Below, in pieces: positions 26,592 through 40,075 of a DNA stretch of 64,000 nt. This DNA is from Octopus sinensis (taxonomy: Eukaryota): positions 1 to 64,000 of the forward strand of contig NW_021835482.1 of assembly GCF_006345805.1 (NCBI RefSeq), in the 5' to 3' direction. Within the stretch, counting starts at the first letter, position 1. Each line of letters starts with the position of its first letter. Under the pieces are notes generated by a model. That model ran no database searches. It was not told where the DNA came from and saw only the letters and a program-made list of their open reading frames with translations. The position numbers were made by a program, and so were the translations under genes.

Positions 26592-27134
26592 GAGTGAGAG
26601 AGCAGTGCATGCCATCAAAGTGACAAAGGGGTAAAATATATGAAGCCCAATATACCCATCATGACTACCCGTCTGATACGGGTACACCAGGTATATGCAT
26701 CATAACCATATGTGCACGACATGGTGATCTAATATCAAGATACACAGCACATGACCTTGCAGGTGGGTTCCAGTTAGAATTTTCTTCTGGTCGAGTAGCC
26801 CATCCCGCTCAAAAGGATTGTTTAAGGATGTTGAACGGAACACCCATCTTTCCAGAAGTGAATTATTCAAACCCCAAATATTTCCTCTCAGCACATGGCT
26901 ATGATGCTCACCCACTGCTTCTGCTCATAATCATAGATGCACATATTGTCAGCCACCAAGGGACATGATCAACTGGCTAAGGTCAAACAACTGACAAGCA
27001 AATCTGTGGTATTGAGCAGAATATTTGTTGTAGCTCATCTTTTAAACCAAGACATAACAGTGTACATGATAACACTTCCAATCAGTTAAGATCAGAAGTC
27101 ATGAGAGCCACTGCCTGGTATTGTATCAGGGCAT
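26592..27134. mobile_element. Unclassified ~540-bp repeat flanked by trinucleotide arrays (family D, copy 1)
   Basis: Colinear with 44856-45394; begins GAGTGAGAGAGC after (TTA)n and ends GGGCAT before (TTA)n. Confidence 0.85.
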
Positions 27135-27182
27135 TATGATTATTATTATTATTATTGCTGTTGTTGTTGTTGTTGTTACTAA

Positions 27183-27261
27183 GGCGGGGAGCTGGCCGAA
27201 TTGTTAGGCCGCCGGGCGAAATGCCTTGTGGTATTGCGTCTGTATTTACGTTCGCGAGTTT
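27183..27261 (+). mobile_element. SINE family A head only
   Basis: GGCGGGGAGCTGGCCGAATTGTTAGGCCGCCGGGCGAAATGC. Confidence 0.7.
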
Positions 27262-28052
27262 ATATTCGTCGCACGTCTGCTCTCTTCCTTTGTAGCACAC
27301 AATATTTACTTTTGTAGTAGTTCAATGACCAGAGCAGGACCGAGGAGCTCAGCGGAAATTTTGAAAGACCGAGATAGGAAATTTCTTTCGTCGCACTTCT
27401 GCGTCTTCCTTACTAGATCTCTTTCTTTTCAGCAAACGCTTTTGTAGCAGAATTATATGTCATTGACCGCAGCAAGTCGAAAAAAAAACGATAATTTTGA
27501 AACACTAAGATAAGAAAGAATGAATATTTCAGCATTTTATTAGTATTTCTGTCGATAAAAGATTTGTTTTTCTTTTTGAGAACAACTTCATCTATTTTCT
27601 GTGTATTCAATTCCATGTATGTATTCTTCATTAGTCTTCTGACTAAGCCTTGAGTCATTGGTTACTAATTTTATATTCCTCCAATATTTTTTTCCAACCG
27701 TGACTACTACGACACCGGATACACACAAACGTACAGACATATTTTTGTAATATGTTAACTTATAATATCTTGTTAAATTATACATGTTTTCTGGTCATGT
27801 TCAGCGCGAGTAAATCGCATGCGTTAGAAAAACACACATACTCACGCAGCCACCCACAAGCAGATGCATAATTTTCCATTTATTCAAAAGACAAATCTGT
27901 GTGCGTCTGTGTGTGTGAGAGAGAGAGAGAGCGTATATGTCTGTGTATTTATACAGAGATGTATGTATGTGTGCGTATATTTATATATACATAATATATA
28001 ATATATATACATGTATATGTATATATATATGTATAAATATATAATATATAAA

Positions 28053-28100
<48 letters not shown>

Positions 28101-28374
28101 ATATGTATATATGTATGTATGTATGTATGTCTTTATATGCTATGAGTGGATAGCCATGTGTCATATGGAGAGGACCGGTTGTGGTTAGGAAATTTAAATA
28201 TGTTTTTATTCTACTTAAGAAATATCGGAAATTGCTCAAATGCATGTTAATTATGTTTAAGAATCTCTTTGATAAAATCTCTGAGTCTTTGATCTTTGAG
28301 AGAGAGAGAGACTCATAGCACCTGGTTAGCATGGAAATGTTCTGACATTGTGTTTCTTAAATATCACATTATCA

Positions 28375-28735
28375 GACATACATACATACATACATACATA
28401 CATACATGCATATATACATATATATATACACACACACCATACATACATACATACATACTACATACATACATACATACATATATTCCTACATACACACACA
28501 CATACATACATATATACATACATACATACACATATACATGCATATATACGTACATATATACTTACATACATTCATACATACCTACATACATACATTCATA
28601 AATATATGCATTCATACATACATACATACATGTATACATACACACACTAACACATACATACAAACAAACATTTATGCAAACACATATATACATTAATACA
28701 TGCATATATTCATTCTTACATACATAAATATATAC
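28375..28735. repeat. (TACA)n degenerate array
   Basis: Read directly. Confidence 0.93.
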
Positions 28736-29239
28736 ACCCATTTACGCTTACGTATGTGAGTGTTCTCTGTAACGAACGGGAAAATTACTCAATAAATAAT
28801 GTAGCGTTGTGTGTGAGCGTGTGTGAATGTGTGTGTGGGCGTGTGTGTTTTTGTTTGTTATAATTCTGAATCTCATATTAAGAAGTACTCAATGCGTTAT
28901 AAATGTAGAGTCACATTCAATACACTGGTATATCTCTTTGAAGACATTATTCAGAATCCTGTCTTTGAATTGATTCATGAATGTATCAAAACCAGTCTGT
29001 TATGAGCAGCGATCACCGAACTCACGCAAGGTATATGCGCGCGTGCGTGTGTCCGTGTTATCCTACGTCTGTGTGACTACCAAATATGGTGAGGTAAGCT
29101 CATCTTAAATCAACAAATAATGAAACATGATGCCACCCAAAGTTTTTATTTTTCTTTACTCATTTACAAACTGAGCAATTCAGGCATTTATAAATATGGC
29201 GACTACTTCGCAGCCTTTACAATGCTCTCTTTTGCTCTC

Positions 29240-29627
29240 TTTTCCTTGTTTCAGTCATTTGACTGCGGCCATGCTGGAGCACCGCCTTCTGTCGAGCAAA
29301 TCAACCCCAGTACTTATTCTTTGTAAGCCTAGTACTTATTCTATTGGTCTGTTTTGCCGAACCGCTAAATTACGGGAGACGTAAACACACCAGCATCGGT
29401 TGTCAAGCGATGTTGGGGAGACAAATACAGACACAAACACATACACATATATACATACACACATATACGACGGGCTTCTTTCAGTTTCCGTCTACCAAAT
29501 CCACTCACAAGGCTTTGGTCGGTCCGACGCTATAGTAGAAGACAATTGCCCAAGGTGTCACGCGGTGGTACTGAACCCGGAACCATGTGGTTGGTAAGCA
29601 AGCTAATTACCGCAGAGCCACTCCTGC
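29240..29627 (-). mobile_element. Full-length SINE family B
   Basis: Reverse complement: GCAGGAGTGGCTCTGCGGTAA head, GGTTCAGTACC B-box, CORE-like ACCTTGGGCAATTGTCTTCTACTATAGC, CA-rich middle, LINE-like tail GGCGGTGCTCCAGCATGGCCGCAGTCAAATGACTGAAAC. Confidence 0.93.
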
Positions 29628-30077
29628 TAGAAATAACAACTACGTTATCTTCAGTATTTACCCTGACATAATAATGTATTCCTAGATATACAACATCTGC
29701 GTCAACAATCTGACAGTTACGACTGGAAGTTTTTAGGTCCCACGCTGCTCTTAGAAGTGCTAGAAATAACAACTAAATAGCCTGACCATTAAATGTTATC
29801 CTGCTGTCTGAAATAAAGATGAGGTACATTATGGAAGTATTTAGATCCTACGCTACCCTGAGGTACAATTGTTGATGTATTCTGAGATATACTATGCCAC
29901 AACAAAGGGTGTTAATAATTATAACAAGAACACCATAATTCCTACGTCTATTCCATAAAAGTTAACAAGGGGAGGGGTAACTAACAAAAAGGATATTAAC
30001 AACAATCACAACAACAGCGACAAACAGCTTACCATCTTCCAGTCTTTCGATTCATGTTATTTGTTCTCCCATGTGGA

Positions 30078-30086
<9 letters not shown>

Positions 30087-30108
<22 letters not shown>

Positions 30109-30248
30109 AGAAAGAAGAAAAAAGAAAGAAAGAAAGAAAAAAAGAAAGAAAGAAAGAAGAAGGAAAGAAGAAAGAAAAGAGAAAAGAAAGAAGAAAGAAA
30201 GAAGGAAAGAAGAAAGAAAGAAGAAAGAAGAAAGAAAGAAAGAAAGAA

Positions 30249-30313
<65 letters not shown>

Positions 30314-30333
30314 GAGTGAGAGAGAAAGAGAAA
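30087..30333. repeat. (GA)n/(AAAG)n purine array
   Basis: Read directly. Confidence 0.96.
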
Positions 30334-31018
30334 GACATATTAAGACAATTTTAAATTCTAGCCAGATGTAATCTTCAATCGTGATTTCAATTCCCACTGG
30401 AGGATTCTGTTTCAGCTCATTTAACTCAGCTTGTGAATTCTCTTGGAGAGACAGGAATATCACCATTTCCATTGCCACCTCCTACCATTCCAGATCTCTC
30501 ATAAAATGTAAAATTATTCCTGCCTACTGAAGGGAGAACCATCATATTTCTCTTGGATATCAATGACGGAATATCATCTGTTTCTCTTTTAATTAAAGAT
30601 GCACCTTTTACATTTCAAGCAATTTTTCTTTCTCTTCCTCTTTCACAGAATCTCTCTCTTTAGGATATTTTAAATATGTTTTTTGATGCTGTTTGATATT
30701 CTAGATTCTTAAAACTGAGATGATATTTAGTAATCAACCGATACAAAAGTCAAGAATCGCATCGTAAACGAAACTAAAAAAAAAAAAAATTAAGTGAAAT
30801 CAAAGACTAAGAAACATACGAGGAAATCAATATGGCCGCTTTCCCGGGTATAAAACCGCGTTGTTAGTGTTTTGTTGTTGTTGTTGTTGCTTTTGCTACT
30901 GCTGTTGTTTTTGTTGTTCAACCCTAGGTAAATCCCCAATTGAGTAGAGCTATCGTCAGTGGTAGTTCATTCGTGACCATCCATTCTAATTTCAATTTTT
31001 CTATGTTGTTGTTGTTGT

Positions 31019-31293
31019 TTGTTCCTTCTTGAGCCATGCCTGGCTCATAAGGGCCGGTTTCCCGGTTTCCTTGGCGTATAGGTTCCCCACCTGGACGGGA
31101 CGCCGGTCCGTCGCAGGTGAGCTGCAAGATGCAGGAAGAAAGAGTGAGAGAAAGTTGTGGCGAAAGAGTCAACAGAAGTTCGCCATTACCTTCTGCCGGA
31201 GCCGCGTGGATCTTAGGTGCTTCGCTCATAAACACACACATCGCCCGGTCTGAGATTCGAACCCGCGAGTCCGCTGCTCTAACCACTAGGCCA
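31019..31293 (-). mobile_element. tRNA-derived SINE with V-domain-like core
   Basis: A-box TGGCCTAGTGG, B-box GGTTCGAATCTC; core CCTGCGACGGACCGGCGTCCCGTCCAGGTGG resembles the V-SINE central domain; ends in (AAC)n. Confidence 0.8.
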
Positions 31294-31859
31294 TTTTTCT
31301 ATGGGCGGTAGAGGGGCGAAAGATGTTCGATCCCGGATTGAATATGCCTACGTATTTAGTTACGTCCATTTACGTTCCTATTTGGTATTCCAAAAATCGA
31401 AGATGCAGTATTCTTACACAATATGTTCCTCTATCGGCTGCGCTTCTAATTTGTAGCCTTGAATGAGAATATAAACTAATATCAAATATTTTTCCTCTTC
31501 GTGTTCCACCAATCTCGAAGATAGATTCTTATAAGAAGAAATTTGAATGATTTGAATCGGATTTTCTGGCAATAGAACTGTTTTCATGCCGAAAGTCTGC
31601 TCACCAGAATATTCTTATGTCTCAGACAATCTCAATAAAAAAGTCTTCTAAGTATAGAATTCTTCAGAGCCAAACTTTCAAAGTAGAATAGTTCTTTGAT
31701 TGTAGCCCCTCCTAGTCTGACAACGGCGTTTCTGAAATTTCTTGCGGAGCTATCTGCGCAAATCATTTGTTTCATTTTGATCAAATATCCATGCTTTTCA
31801 TTGGCTCCCCCACTCAATCAGATCGATGTTCCTTGATCAGGTGCACGGCGTACCCCATA

Positions 31860-31983
31860 TCAAGTGTCGAAGAAACGTGAAATGAAGTGTTTTGCTCGAG
31901 AATGCAACGCACCACCCGCTACAAGAATTCAAACCACGATCTCACGATTGTCAGTTGAACTCCCTAACCACTAGGCCATTGCG
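31860..31983 (-). mobile_element. SINE family C head
   Basis: Reverse complement TGGCCTAGTGGTTAGGGAG...GGTTTGAATTC...CTCGAGCAAAACACTTCATTTCACGTT. Confidence 0.7.
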
Positions 31984-32275
31984 CTCTCATCGAATAGCAC
32001 TGTTTTATAACCTTGATTCAATGAGGAACATAATATTGGATCAAAAACTCTGTTCTATACTTCTCTGGCTGTTCTTCTCTCCCTCCCTCCCTCTCCCCCC
32101 TCTCTCCCCCCTCTCTCTCTCTCCCTCTGTCTATCTATCTATCTCTGTCTAGAACAATATTCCCTCCTTATCCCTATGAGTAGAGCATTGGCTAATTCTC
32201 CCTTCCTCTGTGTAAGCAGTATTATCTCCTTAACTCACCCACTAAAACAACATTGTATCCGACACAATCTCTCTT

Positions 32276-32335
<60 letters not shown>

Positions 32336-32924
32336 CAGAAGAGACGTCACTCCTAGCATCCCTCGGTAGTCGTCTTAAACTCGCTGAATTAAACAATATT
32401 TTGTTCCTTATTCTGAAGATAGTTGAATTCTGCACTAAATTTCTAAAGAATACCAGTACCATATTCTAAACATCCCAAATAAAACGATGCTCGGCTCTAA
32501 ATTCTCTCAGACTGGAATAGTATTATGTCTTAAACTCTAGTTTGCCTAACAAGAAGGACGCGGTTCAGTCAGGTTATTCACCCTGGATATTCATCTCACC
32601 ATTAATTTACCAACCCACATCAACTACCACACTCCAGCTGGTAGGGGTTGCCTGCAATGATATGGACCAGAGCCCTTCCTCTGATTTAATAATTTAGAAA
32701 CGGCTCTTTCTCCTTTACATTCCTGGTTCAAACTTCACTAAGGTTCACTTCATCTTTCATTCTCCTGGGGATCAATATAAAAACCTTCTAAGCTGCGAGT
32801 TTGAGATTTTGTGTCTTCGATCGATAGAAACACACGATTTCGCTAAACCCATTAATATATAAAGTTTCATTTTCATCCTACAATTAATTACATTTAATTA
32901 ACAAGAAAAATAAACAGCATGGAT

Positions 32925-33073
32925 ATTAAAAAAAACGTTCATAAACTAATGATTATACAAGAGCTTGGACTAATGAAAAGTTAATGAGATGTGAGCAGTA
33001 TTTATAATTAAAATAAATACTTGTTAGTGTATAATTTTTCAACTGGCCTTCTGTTTTTTGCGGACACTGTGTA
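32925..33073 (+). mobile_element. Possible Tc1-like right end
   Basis: Ends TTTTTTGCGGACACTGTG|TA, a Tc1-style TIR; partner TIR not found. Confidence 0.3.
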
Positions 33074-33607
33074 TTAACGGGTTAAATATATCACAACATT
33101 TGGAATATTCAGCGACCAAAATTGATATTACATTCTAAGTGAAGATTCAAATTTCCATTTATAGTTTTAGATAATATTGATTTCATAGAGAAATCATTAC
33201 GTTTTGTATAATTGTCAGCGTTTCCTTTAGACCGTTTACATTCTACTAAACACAAGGTCACCGTTCTATGAAGGTTGGAAATATTTTATCGGCCAAAAAT
33301 AAACTCTGGTTGTTGACGCTGATGTTGCTGTTGCTGTTGTTGTTTTTGTTGTTGTCGTTTAACACCAGGTCAGTCTTGATCGAATAGGCCTATGATCAAG
33401 AATGCTCCAGCTGTGACCATCCCCTGTTTTTGTTATCTACAAATGGATTTAGTGAACTTTTAAAATGTAAGACTGTTAGATGTGAGTGAGATTTGGCTGC
33501 TCTTTCTTTTCTAAATGTTCAATATATAGTGCTGCTCCTTCAGCAACCGGCCCCTTGCGGTTTTTAAAAGCGATTTTCGCATAGTAATATTAGAAATCAA
33601 AGATTAA

Positions 33608-34268
33608 GACGGCGAGCTGTCAGAATCGTTAGCACGCCGGACCAAATGCTTAGCGGTGTTTCGTCCGTCTTTACGTTCTGAGTTCAAATTCCCTTGGAGG
33701 TCGAATTTCCCTTTCATCTTTTCGGGGTCGATAAATTAAGTAGCAGTTACGCACTGGGGTCGATATAATCGAATTAATCCGTTTGTCTGTCCTTGTTTGT
33801 CATCTCTGTGTTGGGGGGGGGGAGTAATAAAGAAATAGGTATTTCGTCTGCCGTTACGTTCTGAGATCAAACTACGCCGAGGTCGACTTTGCCTTTCATC
33901 CTTTCGGGGTCTATAAATTAAGTAGCAGTTACGCACTAGGTTCGATGTAATCGACTTAATCCCTCTGTCTGTCCTTGTTTGCCCCCTCTATGTTTAGCCC
34001 CTTGTGGGCAATAAAGAAATAGGAATTGTTAGCGCGCCGGGTAAGATGCACATCAGCACTTCCTCCGTCTCAACGTTCTGATTTCAAATTCCGCCAACGT
34101 CGACTTTGCCTTTTAAGGGTCGATAAGTCGTTGCTCTAAATACTGTAAAGGTCGAATGTTTGTCTTTCATCACTTCCATACAATAATTATCAGCGGAAAA
34201 CTGGGGCCCATGTAATCGAGTTAACCCCACGGCCCGGGCTTGCTGACCCTGCTGCCAAAATTTGAAAT
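33608..34268 (+). mobile_element. SINE family A trimer
   Basis: Three B-box/core units (33608-33840, 33841-34022, 34027-34268) followed by a (TTA)n tail. Confidence 0.9.
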
Positions 34269-34307
34269 CATTATTATTATTATTACTATTATTATTATTA
34301 TTATTAT

Positions 34308-34348
<41 letters not shown>

Positions 34349-34442
34349 TTGGCGGTGGTAGTAATGGTGGTGATAGTGGTGGTAGTGGTGGTGGTAGTGA
34401 TTGTAGCAGCAGCAACACCAACAGTAGTAGTAGTAGTAGTAT

Positions 34443-34489
<47 letters not shown>

Positions 34490-34535
34490 TAGTAGTAGTA
34501 GTAGTAGTTGTAGTAGCAACAGTTGTAGTAGTAGT
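34268..34535. repeat. (TTA)n/(TAG)n/(TGG)n compound array
   Basis: Read directly. Confidence 0.95.
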
Positions 34536-35123
34536 TTCTGTACCGTTTGCTTTCTGTTCTCTTCCACTTCATTAACAAACACGTTTCTCTCCGTCTAACT
34601 TTGTCTCTCTCTGTGTATGCGTGTGCGCGCGCCTTGTTCTGCCTACGAACCTATGGATATGTACGCGTGTGGCAGCGCGTGTGTCTGTGTGTCCGTGGCT
34701 GTGTCCCATGTATGTGTACACGTCTCAATCTATGCCGTGTCGGTTTTCTTTATCGTATTGATTATAATCATATATTTTCATTTCGCCATGATCGCAAACA
34801 CGGTCGTCATCGTCGTCGTCGTCCTCAACACCACCATCACCATTATCATCGGCCCATCATCATCATCATCATCATCATCATCATGCTTAACATCAGTGAT
34901 GTAAATAGCATAGTTACCACCTTCTTCGACACCGTAACCATCGCCATAAATAACATCTATATCTCCAACATTACTCTTGTTGTTGTTGTTGTTGTTGTTT
35001 GTGCAGTTACTCTATTCGTTATTTTATATATATTGTGTTTGCAGCGAGGTGTGAGAGGATCTGTGTGTCAATGAACTCCCGCTGAATACATTCTGGAAGA
35101 AATCAGTGATTTATTGGTGCACA

Positions 35124-35210
35124 GCAGATCGGGATAATTTCTATCGTCAGTCGATGCAGTCCGAAGCCAACGGAGACTGAAGAAACGGTTCTCCATGCTT
35201 ACGTTCAGCT
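35124..35210 (+). mobile_element. L1/Tx1-type ORF2 C-terminal zinc-finger relic
   Basis: Frames DRDNFYRQ and SRCSPKPTETEETVLHAYVQ resemble the RDKL.RH...C.RC...ETV.HA..QC CCHC region. Confidence 0.4.
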
Positions 35211-35339
35211 TTTGAGCACTGCTGACGCGAGGACCTATAAAGGATGGGGATTAACGCTCGAAGGATGGGGGCCAGGTGGCAGAAAAGAGCCTTCTAAAAA
35301 GTAACGAAGTGCCCTACGTTAGTAAGCAGAAACATATAG

Positions 35340-35349
35340 ATAGATAGAC

Positions 35350-35385
<36 letters not shown>

Positions 35386-35491
35386 TGCGAGTGAGAGAGA
35401 GAGACGGGAGAGTGATACACAGTTAGAGAAGTGTAGCGAGAGAGAGGTAGATAGCTTGATAGAAAGAGAGAGAGAGAGGTCGATAGGTAAG

Positions 35492-35557
<66 letters not shown>

Positions 35558-35600
35558 CATACATACATACATACATACATACATACATACATACATACAT
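35340..35600. repeat. (GA)n/(AGAT)n/(TACA)n compound array
   Basis: Read directly. Confidence 0.95.
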
Positions 35601-35827
35601 AGAAAATAAGTGACATGGAAGTAATGCCCGTAAGGAAATTGGATCATAAATGGGGGTAAATGGCAAAACAGCCTGGGGTGAGACGGGCAAGTTCCTGTTT
35701 TGACTGCTGTCGCGGAAGGGCGACAACCCAGAGTACAAAATATCTGATGTTTTAGGATTCACAGATCATCCACAAGTGGATAGCGTATACCTTGCGGGCA
35801 TCTTCCCCTTGCATATGTGCATGTGTG

Positions 35828-35903
<76 letters not shown>

Positions 35904-36830
35904 GTGTGTAGTGCAAAAGTATTAAATAACACTAAAACGGGATTTTAAAAATCAACGTATATTATATTTATTCTCAGGAAAAGTTGAAGGAAAAGACTTT
36001 TTATTTACGTTTGGGGCATTCGCTCTTCTGCAGAAGAAATAGTCAGGCTGGGAACAAGAGTGGAGACAGACAGAAAAGGACAACCGTATCCCGATTAAAT
36101 GGACACAGCATGCTGACGTGACCAGCGGTAGGAGGTCGCTAAATAAACGAGAGTGGCGGGAGGCACAACCATAAGGAAGGTATTAGGACGTGGATGGCAA
36201 GAGGGCTTTTGTGACCTGGCACATATATGTGAGAGAGAGAGAGCACGTCGTGTGTGTGTGTGTGTGTGTGGTGTGTGTGTGTGTGTGTTTTAATGTGGTT
36301 TTCATCCTCTGTTGAGTCCTGCTTCACTTTCGTTTCCTGCATATTTATCCGACGCCGATCTGTTCTGTAATCCTTTTCCTCTCAAAATGGTTTTGCGTTT
36401 AATATTGCTGTGACCTTGAGGCCGATAAAAATACTGTTCCTGCACCTACATTTACTTTATTATTTTGATTACTATTTTGTTTTTCGCTCTTATCATCATC
36501 ATCACCATCGTCGTCGTCATCAACATCATCATCATCATCATAATTACAATGATCCTCATTAATATTCATATCGTTGCTGTTGGAATTGTGGTTCCTGTTT
36601 TGGCAATTGTTATTAATATTATATTATTATTGCTATTATCATTATCACAGAGAAATCATTACCATTATTATTATTATTGTTATTATTATTATTATTGGTA
36701 GTAGTAGTAGTAATAGTAGTAGTAGTAGTAGTAGTAGTAGTAGCAGCAGCAGCAGCAGAAGTAGTGGTGGTAGTGTTATTTTGTTGCTAGTGTAATAGTA
36801 GCAGCAGCAATAATAATAATAATAATAATA

Positions 36831-36909
<79 letters not shown>

Positions 36910-37205
36910 TGTAGTAGTACACTCAACCGCTTCATTGTCCTTTTCGTTGTCGTTATGATCGCTTTTGTTATCGCGGCTGGTCTTGTTGTTGCTATTGTTG
37001 CCGTCTCTGCTCGAGTTCTTGTTGTTGTTGTCGTCGTTCTAATTGTTAATTTTATTATTAACGTTGTTGTTGTTGTTGCTGTTATTTCTGCTGCTGCTGC
37101 TGCTGCTGTTGGTGAATTATTGAAATTTCTTTTGTGTGGTCGAGTTTTCTACAAGAACTCCCTATGGAAATCAAACCAGATGTAGGATGAGAGTTCACCA
37201 ACGTT

Positions 37206-37257
<52 letters not shown>

Positions 37258-37349
37258 TGTTGTTGTTGTTATGGCTCTTCTTGCGACTGTTGCTCTCATT
37301 CTCATTGTTATTGTTGCTTTTGATGCTGCTGTTGTCGTTGCCCTTTTGG

Positions 37350-37385
<36 letters not shown>

Positions 37386-37402
37386 ATATATATTATTATA
37401 TA

Positions 37403-37437
<35 letters not shown>

Positions 37438-37526
37438 GTATATGTAGGTCTATATATTTATACGTAGGTAAATATATATTATATATACATACATACATAC
37501 ATATATATATACATACATATATATAT

Positions 37527-37580
<54 letters not shown>

Positions 37581-37710
37581 CATATATATATATATACTTC
37601 TATATATGTATATATGTATATCAACGTTCAATAACAGAACCATTCCGTTATTGAACGTTGATATGTTCGCGTCTTTTTCTTGGGATGTCTAATATATGTA
37701 TATATGTATG

Positions 37711-37764
<54 letters not shown>

Positions 37765-38300
37765 GAACACTCACACATACACACACACACCATATATATA
37801 TGCATATGTATGTATGTATGTATGTATGTGTAAATAATTGGAGTGAGACTGTAAGATTACACTAATTCATTCTGATAAATGTGGCAAAAGTTGGTGCAGC
37901 TTGGGGAAGGTGGTGCGGATGTGCGGAGGAGCGGTGTCAAGTGTTATGACAGCTGAGGATGTGATGGTGGTGTATGTTCCGTATAATATACTAGTGTATA
38001 ACACGAAATAACATGGCGTGTTGCTGTGTAATGGCAAGGTTGTTGCAGAATTCTGCGTAGTGCGGTGCTATTAGGTGAGGTGTAATTTTGTTGCTTGGCA
38101 TGAAACAGTTTGGCATGGTACGGTGTTACATTATCGAAAGCGACACGTACTGAGTCAGGTCTACAGGAATATTGAGGGGGGTGTGGGTAGATTGTGGTAC
38201 AGAGATGCGATGATATTGGTGGTGTTGGAGTATAAAGATGTCCTACGGTGTTATATATATGCGTGAGTGTGTCCGCATTATAATATGCACATGATAAATG

Positions 38301-38334
<34 letters not shown>

Positions 38335-38397
38335 CATGTTATCATATCTATGGTCTGAAAAAGAGTTATATATATATATATATATAATATATATATA

Positions 38398-38449
<52 letters not shown>

Positions 38450-38881
38450 TTGCGAATTTAGGCTACCATTGGTTTCATCTTTTACCTATCCGTGTGTGAT
38501 CGGCTTGAAAATTTGCTAAGACCCTAGGATTTTTCCACACTTTTCTTAACATGAAACCACAAATAAATTCACAAATAAATAAATCATATCCCCCAATGCG
38601 GCATTGAGCACTCATTCTCATCGTTCATCATTTATGAGCTACAAACACTATTCTGCCATTGATGAGGAACTTTCTGCCACTGTTACACATGTTTAACCTA
38701 TCTCTCTTCGATGACGGAATATTCAGTATATGAAATCTTCGCGCGACAAGATTTTCGAACAGGTAGGGCATCCTAGGAACAGCTGCTGATAGAGACTATC
38801 TAAACCTTTCTTGCTATTTCTGCAACTGACTTTTATCAACCACAGAAGAATGAAAGAATGAACTGACAGCAGAAAAAAGAA

Positions 38882-39190
38882 ATAATCCTTTCTCACTATC
38901 GGCACAAGGCCTGAAGGTTTGCGGCAGGGACCACGTGATTATAAAGACCCTAGTATTTTACTGGTATTTATTTTATTGATCAGGAAAGAATGAAAGTTAA
39001 AGCCAACCTCGAGAGAATTTGAACTCAGAACATAATCTCGGAGAAAGTGTCTCTAAGCACTTTGTCCGGTATGCTACAATATTAGCAATAATTAATTGAT
39101 ATATATACAGGAGAGGCGGCTAGTCATGTACATCGACCTCATTATTCAACTGGTATCTATTTTATCAGCCCCGAAAGAATGAAAGGCAAA
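38882..39190 (-). mobile_element. Decayed SINE family A copy plus a second partial core
   Basis: Tail AATAATCCTTTCTCACTATCGGCACAAGGCC and GAATTTGAACTCAGAAC B-box on the minus strand. Confidence 0.7.
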
Positions 39191-39537
39191 AATCAATCGC
39201 TTAGGAGTTTTACATCAAAACAACCGGAACAAAAAAAAAAACTAACGTTAATTAATTATGATACTAATGATTATTGTCAGGTGGCTCTTGAATGCTATTG
39301 GTAATTATGTAATCCTGCGCAACCTGTTGCATGTTAGGGTTGTCGGTGGTTAAACCGGTTACCCTAACAAGTCTGCGCAGAAGAAAAATTAGTTGTTTTC
39401 GGACAGAATTTTGAATTATTAAACACATCCTGCTTATCACTACAATTATAAGCATAACACCTTCTTCCCGGACAAATTTGTAATTCATGTGTGAGTATAT
39501 ATATGTGCATATATATATGTATGTGTGTGTGTGGGTT

Positions 39538-39571
<34 letters not shown>

Positions 39572-39597
39572 CCTGTATCCATACATATACACACATT

Positions 39598-39700
39598 GCG
39601 TTCATCTTTTACTTGTTTCGGGCATCTGGCTGCGACCATGCTGGGGCACCGCCTTGAAGTGATTTTAGAGGAATGGCACCGACCCAAATATTTATCTTTT
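39598..39700 (-). mobile_element. SINE B / LINE 3' tail fragment
   Basis: Reverse complement GGCGGTGCCCCAGCATGGTCGCAGCC...CGAAACAAGTAAAAGA. Confidence 0.7.
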
Positions 39701-39834
39701 GACATCTGCTCTGTATTCAATTGATCTCTTTTGCCGGTAATTTATGGGGTTGTAAGTAATCCAACACTTGCTGTGAAGAAGCAGTAATGGGAGAAACAAA
39801 CACCCCCCAACAAACACATTTATAGTTACATACA

Positions 39835-39933
<99 letters not shown>

Positions 39934-40039
39934 TATATGTAACGGGAAGCTTTATGAAAATAAACAAAAGACGAAAGCAGGTGGAATACAAACAAACAAT
40001 TGTATTAGTATGGCGCCCAGGAATATAAATAAAACAAGT

Positions 40040-40075
40040 CTTTTACGTTTCGAGCTTACGCTCTTCAAAAGAAAG
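40040..40075 (-). ncRNA. Decayed minimal type I hammerhead ribozyme motif
   Basis: CTTT-CTTTTGA-A-GAGC(GTAA)GCTC-GAAA-CGT-A-AAAG: stems I, II and palindromic III intact; two core substitutions. Confidence 0.55.

Noticed and set aside
30360-30620. Start of the 149-aa minus ORF (MAMEMVIFLSLQENSQAELNELKQNPP...)
   Set aside because: The ORF is long only because it runs into the (CTTT)n array; no motif recognised.
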